Of a stretch of DNA of 64,000 nt, positions 12,318-26,107 are shown piece by piece. The DNA is from Octopus vulgaris (taxonomy: Eukaryota): contig OX597827.1 in assembly GCA_951406725.2 (NCBI GenBank), positions 35,898,001 through 35,962,000 of the forward strand, written 5' to 3'. The notes under the pieces were generated by a model, which did not search any database, had not been told where the DNA came from, and saw only the letters and a program-made list of their open reading frames with translations. Each line of letters begins with the position of its first letter. Positions within the stretch are counted from its first letter, which is position 1. The position numbers and the translations under genes are program-made.

Positions 12318-14699
12318 ACAGCGCAGAGTTTATTCGCAATCCAGGCATCTAGCATCTTAGTTCATCTGTTTTCTGCATTTAAAAAAATAGGAAATTTTAA
12401 TATATATTTGTCGCTATCTTCGCATTAAAGTGTCATATAGTCTAGCAGCTGACGCAGCATCGTTTTCTATCAACAGATGGTAATGACATGTTCTTACTAT
12501 ATTTACACTGCCCGGACTACCTAGCCGACACTTGTTAAGCTGCTACGTCTATTCGTAGCTTTCCATGATCAGTCCAATTGGTCGCCGTTTCTTCGTGACA
12601 CAACTATCATCTTACTATTAGACTTTACACCTAATCCATTCAGTCATCTTCAACAGCTTCTACGAGAAAGTTAATATTAATGAACAAGACTTTTAAATAA
12701 TAATCAGTTAATGTTAATGACTTTCTTTAGGTACTTTATTTTTATTTTTTTTTCCTAATTTAGGCACAAGCCTGTGATTTTGGTGAGGAGAGTTTTAGCC
12801 AATTATATTGACTCTATTTCTTCACTGGTCTTTTATTTTATCGATCCCAAAAGGATGAACTTAGAACGAAAAGAGCCGGAATCTAGTTAACATTAATATT
12901 GATTTCAAATTTTGGCACAAGACCAGCAATTTCGGGTGAGCGGGCACGTCGATTATATCTACCCCAGTGTTTAACTGGTACTTATTTTATCAACCCCAAA
13001 AGACTGAAAGGCAAAGTCAACCTCGGCGGAATTTGAACTCAGAGCGTGAAGACGGACGGAGCTCTCCGCCTTTAGTTACATTAATATTAACAATTATTTT
13101 CTAAATGACGTTTTCCTTCTTTCTTTTTTTTTTTTTATCCGCGATGACATACTACAGCTGATTCTGAACGACCTAACGAGGAAACCTCTATGCGGCCAAT
13201 CGACCGGCTAGAAATAGCTCAAATGTCTCTCAAATTACACCCGTCATTGCCATTAAGATGTACGACGAAACTAAAGCGACGTTCAGCATTTGGGCTAGGA
13301 TTTAAATGACAGGCTGTGAAGGTGCAGCATCGATAGATAAAGTTACTTTTTTTTACCAAATACTTCCATGTCACTTTCGGGTAAGTTATAGCAGTTATAA
13401 GTCTACTTTATCAGAGTTGCTGAAAACCTAGTCTGCAAGCAGTTAGAAATCTGCGAACTGAGTAAGTGCTGCTTCTTCACATCATTCTGTCCAGGTTCTG
13501 TGTTCTGGGCTAGTCACTCTTTAACTTTGAAGGAACTATTCAACAGGTTGACAAGACTGGTAGATATTTGTATATAAAAATCAAGAGACCAATTGATTTG
13601 TAACAGTTTTAAGCTTTTTTGATCAGGAGACAGAAATAGCTGCATATGATTAATGTAGTTAATGGTAATTTTGACTAATTGCAGATTAATGGCTCAAAGG
13701 AAATCATGTATAGAGATAGAATTCTCATATGCAGTTGTGGAAAGAAAGAAATAAAGGAATTGTGGCTTAGTTGTTGTTGTTTAGTTGCAGGTCTGCTCTA
13801 ATTGAATAAACTTTATTCAAAGGTAACTATCTGCTCTCTTTACCAGACACAGAATATCTAGGACCATATTATCTAATGTGTCCGTACCTTTTTAAGACAG
13901 TAGGGTGGTATTTGAGGGACATTTAGATGCTACTTCAAGCAGGTCAAGCAATCACATTAAGGCTTCCTCACTGTAGTGAGACACAGTGGAGAAAATAGGA
14001 GACAGGTTCATTAGGTTAGTTTAGAAGAGCAGAAGAGTATCTGAAGAAGAAACTCAGAGCGAAAGAGAGATTGATATAGCTTGATAGTGGACATGTATTT
14101 CAAGAATCCTGTGTTTGAAGCCTTGGTTCTTGGGTAAACAGTTATCAACACTAAAACAGTTAACCCTTTTTATGTGACCTAGAATAAGAATAGTTGCACC
14201 AGCACTTAGCTGGTAATTTCAGCTGAGTGCAATGTGAATTGAAGTGCCTTGCTGAAGAACACTTGCAATTCCCAGTTCAGGAATTGAACCCTATGACTTT
14301 ATAATTGTAAGGCCAACACCCTAACCACATAACCATATACCTTCACAGTCTTAATATAGGGTATATCATATTCTAGTATTGAATGTGCCATACTTTAGTG
14401 TTGAATGTGTCATATTCTAATGTAGAATGTGTTGTATTCTGGTGTATAATGTATTATAGGCATTGATAGTCTTTGATTCTCATCTATAAAATGCCTACTC
14501 CTTGCCTTAGGCTTAACTCATTGCTGGAGTTATAAGGAACTACCTGATACATGGTATGTCTTGGGCATTTTTAGATCTGGCTGAACCTGTCCCTTTCAAA
14601 CAGAGAAAGAAAATAATTTAATCCTGTGTAGTACTGGTACTTTATTTATTGACCACATGAGGATGAACTGTAAAATTGACTTCAGGTGGATTTGAACAC

Positions 14700-15080
14700 A
14701 GAATGCCAGTGTCATGTAAAGGACACTTGTGCATCATAGTCATCATCAATGATACCATGTAAATTGGCACCTCGGGAATCATGGTCATTGTTCATAGTGG
14801 TTGCCAGTGCCATGCAAATGGCACCCATGAATTGTCAGGGTCGCTGCTGGTGCCATGTAAATGACACCCACCCGTGAATCAAAGTCATGTAATCAGCAAC
14901 CATGTCAGTGGCATGTAAAAGCCCTCCTGAAGTGGTTGGTGTTAAGAAGAGCATCCAGCTGTAGAAACCATGCCAAATGAGACTGGAACCTGGTGCAGCT
15001 ATCTGGCTCATCAGCTCCAGTCAAACCATCTGACCCATGCTAGCATGGAGAGCAGACGTTAAATGATGATGATGATGAAT
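14700..15080 (+). mobile_element. RTE 3'-end fragment (related fragments near 4800-4935, 15405-15730, 32745-33100)
   Basis: Ends in CCCATGCTAGCATGGAGAGCAGACGTTAAATGATGATGAT, the same tail as the RTE at 23478-25523. Confidence 0.7.
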
Positions 15081-16609
15081 GCAAAGAGCTGGAATAATTT
15101 CACATCTAAAAGCAGTCTATCTGACTCTGCCAAAAGGCCCAGAGCTGAGGTTCTCAATCATTTTTTATCTATGGACCCTCTTGATTACTATTTTATTCTG
15201 GTGGGCCCCATTGCCATTCGATGTTTAAAAACTAGTTTTATATAAACTTCTTCCAAAATTCCTATTTTGTTTTTCATACATTAACTTGAATAGATTGAAC
15301 TATGTAAAATGTTAGAGAAAAAAACCTGGCTGTTTCTTGCAATAAATACCAATACATACATGTACAGTAAAATTTTTTTATCTTTTCAAGAGTCCTTAAA
15401 AAGGGGCATGTAAAAAGCACCTTTCAAGCATTGGGCCTCATGGAGGCAATGACAAATGACCAACACCTTTGGCATTATGCTGTGCTTGAGAAGACCCATC
15501 AAGCCAAGTGAAATTGTAGTTGTGGCTGGTACTAGTGTCATGCAAATGGCACATGTGCCAGTGGCATGTAAAAAAAATTACACTCTCGGAGTGGCTGACA
15601 TTAGGAAGGGCATCCAACTATAAAAACCATGCAAAATCAGACTGGAGTCTGGTGTAGCCCCTCATCTTACCAGCCCTGGTCAAACCACCCAGCCGTGCCA
15701 GTACAGACAATGGACATTAAATGATGATGATGTATGAGCATGGCTGTGTGGTTAAGTTTGTTTCTCAACTATATGGTTTTGGGTTCAGCACCACTTCGTG
15801 GCATCTTGGGCAAGTGTCTTCTACTATAGCCCTGGGCCAACCAAAGCCTTGTGAGTGGATTTAGTAGATGGAAACTGAAAGAATATACATGTGTGTGTAT
15901 GCACACAATATTTCTCTCTCTTTGCCTTGAGTTTGTTTGATAGTTGTAAATGAGTGCCACTGTCATGCAAGCAGTGTTTTTCATTTGCAACCTTTTGTGA
16001 AAACAGTTCAAGTCAAGAAGGAATATTTTGCCTTCCTTGGAACCTAGTGAAGGCTGGCAACAGGAAGAGCATCCAGCTCTACAAAATCTGCCTCCAAAAA
16101 TTCCATCCAGCTTCTGTGTGGATATGAAAATGATGCTGATGATGATAATTTGCTTTTAACTTTTCTCTTTCTTATAAAGAGCAAGCTAAGAATATCAATC
16201 TAAAAGAATTGAGTTTAGTTCTTTTTGCTGATGAGTGTTAATTTAAACTTTTCATTTCTTCCATCATATCAAACTAGGTACATGATTTTTAGGGTTTAAG
16301 GAACAAGGAAACTCAGGAAAAAAAAATTAACAACTTTTTTCAAAGTTATTCATAGTGCAAGAGAAGTGAAACAGCTTTAACCAGGCACTGAAACTACTTT
16401 CTGGTCTTGGCTTGCCAAGGTTCTAGACTTTCACTAAGAGTTCAAATAGTATATAATAGTTTTATACTAATAAAGTACCAACAGGACAATAGTTGATTAT
16501 ATGCTCATTAAAAAATGTCACTTGCTTTTTCCTGCAATTTATGTTTCTTTCATCATTTTTTTTTTTTTTTCAGAATCCAGTTACTGATCCCTGCTGCCAA
16601 TGTTGAATT

Positions 16610-18058
16610 ATGGTTGATTCTTTATTCAAAAACTCATATAAATCTTCTATTGAGTTCAATGACTGTGATACAAAGAAAAACATCAAAGACACTTCCAAAA
16701 GTAAACTTCTTGACTGTGATATCTGTGGAAAGTCTTTCTTCCGTCTGAAGAACTTAAAACAGCATCGTAAAACACATACAAATGAGAGACGTTTCCACTG
16801 TGATATATGTGGGAAAAAATTTTTCACTAATTCCCACTTGAAACGCCATCATAGAATACATACTGGAGAACGACCGTTCAAGTGTGCCATCTGCAAAAAG
16901 GCCTTTACACAAAACAATGACCTAAAAAGCCATTTCCGCATCCATACTGGTGAAAAACCTTTCAAGTGTGAAATCTGCAATGAGTCTTTCAGTGAAAGTG
17001 GGTCACTACGGAAACATATAAAAATTCACACTGGAGAAAAATCCTTTGAGTGTAACATTTGTGGACGTGGTTTTATCCAAAGTAGTCAGTTAAGACAACA
17101 TATTCTGACCCACACTGGTGAAAAGCCTTTCCAGTGTCAGATCTGCTGCAGGAATTTTGCTCAAAATAGCGCTTTGAAAAGACACTATAGGGTGCATACA
17201 GGGGAGAAACCATTTCAATGTAGTTTTTGTCCTGAGTCTTTTACTCGGAGTTGTTTCTTGAAAAAACACTTAATACAGCATAAAGAAGCTAAATCATTTG
17301 AGTGTGATATATGTCAGGAAATTTTCATGAGGGAAGATGATCTGTTGTCTCATTGGGAAATGCATTTTGTTGAGAACACATTTGAAACAGAAACTCATCA
17401 AAATACCTGTACTGAAATGATTTATATCAATGAAGACAGCGAAATTTATCTTGATAAAAATCCTGTCCCTGTTGCTTTACATATAAATACTTTTGCTTTT
17501 GATAATCTAATTGGGTATCACAATAAAATGAAAGAGGATAAGACTTTTAACTGTGATATATGTGGTAAGGGTTTTACTACCAAAGCACACCTCAAACGAC
17601 ACAACATGATTCACACAGGGGAAAAACCACATGAGTGTTCTCTGTGTGATAAGTCCTTTGCACAACGTAGTGAACTTAAAAGCCATTACAGGACACATAC
17701 TGGTGAAAAGCCCTTCAAGTGTGAGATCTGTGAAGAGTGTTTCAGTGAAAAGGGTTCATTGGGAAAACACATGAGGATTCATACAGGGGAGAAGTCATTT
17801 AAATGTAATATCTGTGGTCGATGTTTTACTCAGAGTGGTCATCTCCATCAGCACATTTTGATTCACACTGGAGAAAAACCATTCAAGTGCGAAACATGTG
17901 GTAAGCCATTTGCAAAAAATAGTGCACTAAAAAGACATTACACTGTACATACTGGTGAGAAACCTTTCCCCTGTGAAGTGTGTGGGGAAGCCTTCAGTCA
18001 GAGTTGTCATATGAAAAAACACCTACTAAAACATCACCTTAGCGAAATGCTCCCATAG
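16610..18058 (+). CDS. C2H2 zinc-finger protein ZNF-2 (482 aa, 8+6 fingers)
   Basis: Intact ORF with HTGEKPF linkers. Strong acceptor (T)n-CAG at 16573. AATAAA at 18167-18172. Confidence 0.96.
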   Translation: MVDSLFKNSYKSSIEFNDCDTKKNIKDTSKSKLLDCDICGKSFFRLKNLKQHRKTHTNERRFHCDICGKKFFTNSHLKRHHRIHTGERPFKCAICKKAFTQNNDLKSHFRIHTGEKPFKCEICNESFSESGSLRKHIKIHTGEKSFECNICGRGFIQSSQLRQHILTHTGEKPFQCQICCRNFAQNSALKRHYRVHTGEKPFQCSFCPESFTRSCFLKKHLIQHKEAKSFECDICQEIFMREDDLLSHWEMHFVENTFETETHQNTCTEMIYINEDSEIYLDKNPVPVALHINTFAFDNLIGYHNKMKEDKTFNCDICGKGFTTKAHLKRHNMIHTGEKPHECSLCDKSFAQRSELKSHYRTHTGEKPFKCEICEECFSEKGSLGKHMRIHTGEKSFKCNICGRCFTQSGHLHQHILIHTGEKPFKCETCGKPFAKNSALKRHYTVHTGEKPFPCEVCGEAFSQSCHMKKHLLKHHLSEMLP

Positions 18059-19384
18059 CAAAGATTAAAAGAGGTCTGCTAAATTTGTTTTCTGCTTTTT
18101 TTTTTCTCTTCCCTTACCCCTGGCTACATATAGTATTATGATATTCCACTGATGTATTTTACCAAGAATAAAATTTATAGATTCAGGATTCGGTTTGGTT
18201 TTATATCCAGTTATGGAAACATGGCAACTCAATATTTGAGGTAGTTACTGCTTAGAATAAAATTTGCACTAACAGGTGATCGCTTGTAAGTAGATATTGT
18301 TATTGGCAGTTCTATAATTATCAACACAAGTAGAGGTGGAACTAGCAACGTAAGTAATTTAAGATAGGAAAGACAAACATATACTATTGTTGATGATGAA
18401 GATGAGTGTATCTATTAAAGTATTTCTTGGTATGGCAGTGACCAACTGAACATTTGATGGTAACTGTTTTTAATCTATCAGTTATAATCTAGGTTTTAAT
18501 CTATTTTTTATTGCTGGTACTTATTTTATCGAAAACATGTTCAAAGAATAAAAATGAAGATTAATTTGACCTTTGTAGAAATTGAAATCCAGATTGAATG
18601 TTACTGGTTCATTCGTTTATAGTCTTGACCACCACTTCAGCACTGAGCCATCATCTTGCTTGGTTTCTATAAATCTTACTACTTGAGTAGCCTCTTCTCA
18701 AAAATTCTCACATTTTGAGTTTAGTACTTAAAGTTTGTATCCTAACTGTTAAAGTTACCATTGGATTATTGTTTAAGTAGAACCCACATGTAACTTTATC
18801 AAAATACTATAGATTAAATAGTACAATTTACTCAGTTGCCAGAAAAAATTCTGTTGTGCTTTATTATACAGATTTAGTAAAATGTAAGTTTCAGTCTGAA
18901 CTTAAACCTTACAGTTTTAATGAACCTAACTCAGCATGAAGGTTGGTACATTATATAACAGAAGACAAAAAGTAATTTTTTACCTACAGTTGTAGCAACA
19001 ACCAAAAACTACTCTCTTCCTCTTTCTCAGACAAAGAGGAAGGTACATATTGTTAGATTGAAAACATTACAAGAATTGATCCTATGAAACTCTCCTGAAA
19101 ACAGTGTTTTGCTTTAGTTGCTTGGAGCAAGGGAAACTGCAGTGCCAGCACTTGTATGGGTATTTTACGATAACCAATAATTTACTTGTTTTAACACTAT
19201 GTTCCAATCATCAAAAATTAAATATTGGTTTGGATCATTTAAACAAGAAATTTTCCAATATTAATGGGTGTCTCAAGCAATTCATCTAATCTTCACATAT
19301 AATACACTTTTCCATTAAGTGTATGTCCACTTGATCGACATTTTAGTTTCATATCGAAACATGGCATTGCAGTGTACATTTTGT

Positions 19385-20488
19385 GGGCCTAATGCAGTTT
19401 TTCACCTCACCTTCAAAAATGCATTTTTTTGAAAAAATTTCTTCGGATTCCAAGGTTTTAGATGTCAGAAATTACAAATATGCAAAATAAAATTTTTGAG
19501 ATTTTTAACACCCCTGCCCTTCGTTCTGAATGTATTGTATATTGAAGTGTGGAAATTTCATTAAAGCTGGTATGTAAAGTACATTTTCTATGTTCATTTG
19601 GCTAAACTGTAGAAATTGTTTTGATATTGTTGTTAAAATCCCCGTATTTTAATGCTTAAAATTTAAAATTGGGGGCGAGAGCAGTGGCGGTTCATAGATA
19701 AAATTAGTTGGGGTGCGGCTTCAGAAAATTTTTAGCTGTTGTTTTAATATTGTGTAAAAGGAAACAAACATATAAAAAGAAAATTTATACATAAACTGGA
19801 TCGGTTCGCATTTTAGCCACTGCCAGGTAGTGTGTTTAATTTGTTCATTAAGCACTGCTGTAAATTACCCCTTGTTTTTCAAAAATCCTTCCTAAATCAC
19901 AACATAAGGGGGAAAATGTGCCCTATATTTCAAATTCTGGCAGCAACACTGAAGCTGGAAGCAAGATAATCTAATTCTACACTTTATCACATTCAAGAAT
20001 ATAAGCACGTTTTTAAGCACAACACATGTGGAGTCAAAAAGAAACACTACCAGAACACTGGGCTCAGCACTATTGTTCACGCAGTGCTCTCTCTCCCTAG
20101 CATGAAGCTTCCAATCTCGGACATGTGAGCATGTGCACAACAGCCAAACACCGCACTGCTGGAACTGGGAAGCGCACAAGGATTTTTGTATTTTTTTCAT
20201 AAACCAGGGACTGGCTACTAACATTAAGCTTAAGGATTATATAATGTACAAGTATAAAGAAGGGATGAAAGAAAAAAGGACTCATTACATTGAATGTTAC
20301 ATTGAATAATATCGAGTGGAAACAAGGGATGCTGCAGTTCCGCGGTGTCTATACACGAGCTGCCACTGGTGGGTTTTTTTGGGGTTTGTTTTTTTTTTGC
20401 ATATTCGTAATCTCCGACTTAGTAATCCGAAATTAATTTTTTCAAAACAATGCAATTTTGAAGTGATGTGCAAAACTGCATTAGCCCC
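19385..20488. mobile_element. Older element with long inverted repeats, hosting a nested hAT MITE
   Basis: GGGCCTAATGCAGTTTTTCACCTCACCTTCAAAAATGCA at 19385 is the inverted counterpart of TGCAATTTTGAAGTGATGTGCAAAACTGCATTAGCCCC ending at 20488. The arms are about 100 bp. Confidence 0.65.
19682..20368 (-). mobile_element. hAT-like non-autonomous element, copy 1 (~690 bp)
   Basis: Termini CAGTGGCGGTTCAT / CGAGCTGCCACTG. Colinear in reverse complement with 36164-36846; the strand is given relative to copy 2. Confidence 0.85.
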
Positions 20489-21525
20489 TATTTTTTATAC
20501 CTGCATTACACTTCTTAGCTAAGGACCTGCTTACCTTTATGTCGTTGGTGGTAAAATTCGTTGTTTACATTCAGACTGAAGCCATCGTGCACGATTACAT
20601 AGAAACCTGGAGCAGAACGTAGATTCGTATTTGGCTAAGCTAGTATATGAATCAAAATAGCAACAGTTTAACATCTCGTGTTTCACTCTTACAATGCAGA
20701 AACACAAACGTAATTATGTTTACTGTCAGAATCGTTACCGCATCGGACAAAACACTTAGTGGCATTTCTTCCGGTCCTTTATGTTCTGAATTCAAATGCC
20801 GCCGAGGGTGACTTTGCTTTCATCTTTTCAGGGTCGATGAAATAAGTTCCAGTCGAGCACCCGGGTCGATGTAATTGACTAGCCCCTCCACTAAAAAAAA
20901 ATTAAGGCCTTGTGCTTGTAGAAAGGAATAAAAATGATGACGATGATGGTGGTGATGATGATGTAAGCTATAAATACGCAAAAGGTTAAGAATAAAATGG
21001 TATTTCATAAACATACAGGCAAACATTCATAATGTACAGAAATATAATTTATTTGTTGGCAAAAACTTTTTGTTTGGAAGAAACAAAAATGAAGAAGAAA
21101 TCATACGGGGCGAGATATAATCTAATTAGTATTTTCTTGACTTTTTGTATTTATATATTTGAGAAGAACCTCAAATGAAAATACCCAAAAGCGACCGACT
21201 ATCTTCAGTGTTAATAAGAGGAGGCGTTGTATGCAAGGGAGGTAACTCTGATTACTCAATGGGTGTGCCGGGTGTCAGAACTAACTTTTCACTGACTTTT
21301 AAACTTTAAACGACTTATTTATTATTTTATTGTTGTTAATTTACTTCCTTTTCGGACCACAAATATATATTTATGTACATATATATATTCTATCAGAACG
21401 AAATACTTCAACAAAAATATATACAAACTTTTTCTTTTACTTCAAATTTTCTATTAAAACTTTCTCGAGTGTGGAAAAAAACAAAACAAAAACAAGAAAC
21501 AACAGGAAGGAAACTGTTGCGGAAA

Positions 21526-21539
21526 ATGACCGACTTAAG
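21526..21539 (+). CDS. Putative first coding micro-exon of ZNF-3 (MTDL-R)
   Basis: ATGACCGACTTAAG|GTAATA joins in frame to the acceptor at 26098, giving MTDLRISKMEDPP. It lies in a CpG-retaining zone. Confidence 0.4.
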
Positions 21540-23477
21540 GTAATAACCTACTTCCGTAGTTTCCATAACTTTTTTTTATATTTTACGTTTTCACTTCAAT
21601 CTTCATATCGAAAGAACTGAAGAAAAAATATGACAAAACTTTAGTAATTTTTTATTTCTATTTTTTTTCGCATAACTTTTGGCGTTACTAATTCTTCATT
21701 AGTTACATAAAACTTCGTAAGAAGTTTCCTGTTAGCAAATGGCAAAATTTAGCTAAAACAGTGTAGGAACATTCATTTATTTCTGCTTGTGTCTTAATTT
21801 GTTTTATATACTTTTATTTTTATTGGATGTTTTTGTTTGTAATTTTTTTTATATAAATATATAAATTTGCTCTTTTTTTTTTTTAAATCGGACAGTTGCG
21901 GATTTATGTACGTTTCGCCTACGATCATGTAGATTTGTACTTGTAATCTTAACTGAATTTAAGCATGGAATAAGGACTGGAAAGTGGTAGGTACTATTCT
22001 AAATTTATATTTACACCTTTTAGAAAGAGAAATTGTTATCTAGTAGTGGTGACAACTTGTCGGAATTTGTTGTTTGGGAAACTTTTGACGAATGTCCTTG
22101 CGATTGTTTCGATGTCTGCAAAAACTTCGTAGCTTTTTAAAGTTTTTGCTGACAGCTGAAACTTTGGTGTACGTAATTGTGCAGATGCATATGTTTGCAT
22201 GTAGAGGTATGGCTATCAATGTGCTTAAACATATTTGTGTGTTTTTAATCAGGGTTACTGTTGCCTAGAATAGAAAATAAAATAAAATCACTGTTTGCCC
22301 GTCTGCTACTGAACGAAAGTTGTAAATTTATACGCAGCTTGGTTTCAAAACGGAAAGAAAAAGGGAACAGGTGTTAATTCAAATACATTAGAAAGTTGAC
22401 CAAGTTATTACGACTGAAACTTCTGCAATAAAATAATTCTGAAAAAAAAAAATATATATACATTTCAATGAAAATATTTTACAAGCGTCACGTAAGTTTA
22501 GTTCTGATTCAGCGATTGTTCTTTTCTGCGCTATCAGCAACAACACCCCATTCACTGGAGTTCTCTCTTTCTTTCTCTCTCTCTCTCTTCACATCACTCC
22601 ACGTTTCCAGAGTTCATTATGAGTGTTACTAGACTATATTATTTTTCGTAAAAATTAAAACACGTTTCCCTTCCCCTCGTGTATCTTAATGTACAGAATT
22701 GTATTAGAATTGAATTAATAAATGATGAACAAAATTAGTATAAAATAAGAAGAGAAAAATTGAAATCGGTGTAAGTCATATATTCCCACTGTAACTATCC
22801 AAAATAATTTCAAACTGTTTGGATTGCTTTTCATTTATCATATTATCCTGGCTCTTATTTGATCAGTTTGCCAGTTTTATAATTAAAATTGAACCAACTT
22901 CTGTTCATCTTTCGGAAACCAACGTTCACATCACTGCCTCTTCTGGTCAGTAGCAGACAGCAAGCTGCTTGGAAATCCTTTTCCCTTATATTCAAATCCT
23001 AGGCGTTTATATGTGCATGTATAAGCACACACCACACATCTATCGCACAAGGCGTGTGTGTAAAACCAAAATTCCCCAAAAATTTAGGAATATACTTTTA
23101 CTAGTGGGTAATATCTGGTAATGTAATATATGCATATAGTGAAGACGCATATGCATATATTACGACCGAGAACCGAATACCCTCCGGTATTCGATTCTCC
23201 ATCGTAAGGTCGTGAGTTAGATTCCCGACGGCGCATTTTGTCCTTGAGCAAGATACTTTATTTCATGCTGCTCCAGTCCATTCTGCTGGCAAAAATGAGT
23301 TGCACTTATAATTGAAAGGGCTTTGTCACATTTTGTGTCACGGTGAATCTCCCTGAAAACTATGTTAAGGGTATGAATATCTGTTAAATTGCTCAGCTAC
23401 TTGCACGTTAATTTCACGAGAATGTTGATCAGAATAATTGGAACACTGGGCGTTGAGGGCAAAGGAGTGCCAAGCAT

Positions 23478-25523
23478 ATCATCATCATCATCATTGTCGT
23501 TTAACGTCTGCTTTCCATGCTGGCATGGGTTGGACGGTTTGATTGAGGACTGCCAAGCCAGAAGGCTGCACCAGGCTCCAATCTGATCTGGCAAAGTTTC
23601 TACAGCTGGATACCCTTCCTAACACCAACCACTCCGAGAGTGTAGTGAGTGATTTTTACGTGCCACGGGCACGAGGGCCAGTCAGGCGGCACTGCCAACG
23701 ATCATACTCGAATAGTGCTTTTTACGTGCCACTGGAACGGGACCAATCAGGTGACTCTGGCATCACCCATGCTTGAATGGTGCTTTTTACGTGCCACCAC
23801 CATGGGTGCCAATCAGGCGGTACTGTCATTGGCCACGACAATGACTTCACTTGACTGAACAGGTCTTCACAAGTGCAGTTTATTGCCCAATGATTGAAAG
23901 GTACTCTTAAATAGAGCTGGTTATGCTGCACTGGCATAGGCCACAGTTATGGTCTCACTTGGCTTGCTCTGTCTTCTCAAGCACAGCATATCTCCAAAGG
24001 TCTCGGTCACTTCTCATCGCCTCTATGAGGCCCAACGTTCAAAGATCATGCTTCACCACCTCATCCCAGGTCTTCCTGTGTCTACCTCTTCCACAGGTTC
24101 CCTCTACTACTAGGGTGTGACACATTTTTCATACACAACACATGACCATACCAACACAATCATCTCTCTTGCATATCACATCTGATGCTTGTTATGTCCA
24201 ACTTTTCTCTCAGGGTGCTTACACTCTATCGTGTATGCACACTGACATTACACATCCAGCGGAGCATACTAACTTCATTCCTTACAAGCTTATTCATGTC
24301 CTCAGCAGTCATAGCCCATGTTTCACTGCCATGTAGCATGGCTGTTCACACACATCATAGTCTACCTTTTACTCTGAGCCAGAAGTCCTCTGTCACCAGT
24401 AGAGGTAGGAGCTCTCTGAACTTTGCCCAGGCTATTCTTATTCTAGCAGCTACACTCTCAGAGCATCTACCCTCGCTACTGACTTGGGTCACCTATGTAA
24501 TGGAAGCTATCAACTACATCTAGTTTTTCCCCTTGGCCTGTGACGGAAGTTGTTTTCTGCTCATTTTCAGTATTTATTGCCTCTGAGCATTTGCCACTCA
24601 CAAGAACTATCATCCCAGTTAACCTTCTTTTGATATTGCTGCACCTCTTATGTGTCCATAGCTTACACCAGATACATCTTATTGAGTCTCTGCCTACACC
24701 TTTTTTACAGATCGAGTATGGCCATCTACTTGAAGGGATTTGTGATTTGTCCGCCTTCTTACTTATTAAGACTTTGAGTTTTGCTAGATTAACTCTAAGG
24801 CTCTTCAATTCTAGACCTTGCTTTCACACCTGAAACTTCTCTGGTTCTGATAGTGACTCAGCTATTAGAGCAAGGTCATCAGCATAGAGAAGCTTCCAGG
24901 AGCATCCTGTCTTGAATTCCTCTGTTATTGCCTGGAGGAATATGATGAATAAGAGGGGGCTGAGGACTGATCCTTGGTAGACCCCTACCCAGAATTCTTC
25001 ACTATACTCATTGCCAACCCTCAACTTACTGACAGCATCCCTGTATGTGGCTTGTACAGCTCTCACTAACCACTCATCTATCCCTAGTTTCTGCATTGAC
25101 CACCAGATAAGGGATCAGGGGACCCTGTCAGAGGATTTCTCCATGTCAACAAGAGCCGGATACAGAGGTTTATCTTTGGCTAGCTATTTCTCCTAGCTGT
25201 CCTACCAGAAATAGAGCATCAGTGGTGCTTTTTCCTGGCACAAACCCAGACTGCATCTCATCTAAACTAACTCTCTCCCTAATTAGTTGGGCTATGACCC
25301 TCTCCGTGACCTTCATTACCTGATCCAACAACTTGATACCTATGTAATTATTTGTATCTAATGCATCACCTTTACCTTTGTAGTAGTTGACTATGGTGCT
25401 GCTACACCAGTCAATGGGTATGACTCCTTCATGTATCACATGGTTGACTATACGGGTAACTAGACTATAGCCAACACCACAAGATATTTTAAGCATCTCT
25501 ACAGTGATCCATGATGGGCCAGG
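23478..25523 (-). mobile_element. 5'-truncated RTE-clade LINE, decayed
   Basis: RT motifs IKLLDQVMKVTERV, QSGFVPGKSTTDA, GVYQGSVLSPLLF and LLYADDLALIAES. Cys/His-rich insert CKKGVGRDSIRCIWCKLWTHKRC. (GAT)n tail at 23478. Confidence 0.92.
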
Positions 25524-26107
25524 AGAATAATTTTACGTCCTTATCACATTTCATGGTGATTTTTGAAAAATCGAAACTCTAAGTTCTCTGATTCTAGTGA
25601 AGCACCTAGCATGTTGTGGAGGTAACTATTCAGTATGCAGGCATTTACTGTATATATAATCTGAGAGTGAAAACTTATGAAAATTCCCATCAGTGGGTTT
25701 GTTGTTCTGCTTCAGTCTGAAAAAGATGTATATATAAAATATTAGCTGTTAACTTTTTATAACTTATATAATGTCTGTTTATGTTTATATTGCTATTTTT
25801 TGCAATCTTTTTTCATTCCCATAATTGAGAGATTCAACAATTAAATATCAATAGGATTGTAGTTCTAGCCTGGATTAAGTACTGTAGCTGAGATGATTGC
25901 TTAAAATCTTTGTAGGCACTGCCCTTACATGGTTGTAATTTAGTGACTGAAGTTAGCAAAAAAAAAAAAAATTTTAAGACTACAAATAAAAAACAGGATA
26001 GATGAAATTAACAGTCAGTTTCATTAACATTGATTTATTTCTTGTCATTCTTACTTATTGTTTTGTTAATTTTTGTATTTTTTTATTTGTTTAATAGAAT
26101 ATCCAAG

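Noticed and set aside
19892-20285. Similar ORFs at 19892-20285 and 36244-36516 suggesting a duplicated gene
   Set aside because: The similarity comes from two copies of the same non-coding hAT MITE.
26030-26107. Apparent signal peptide or transmembrane segment on ZNF-3 (likewise 8218-8386 on ZNF-1)
   Set aside because: These start at non-ATG codons and correspond to T-rich intron sequence before a splice acceptor.
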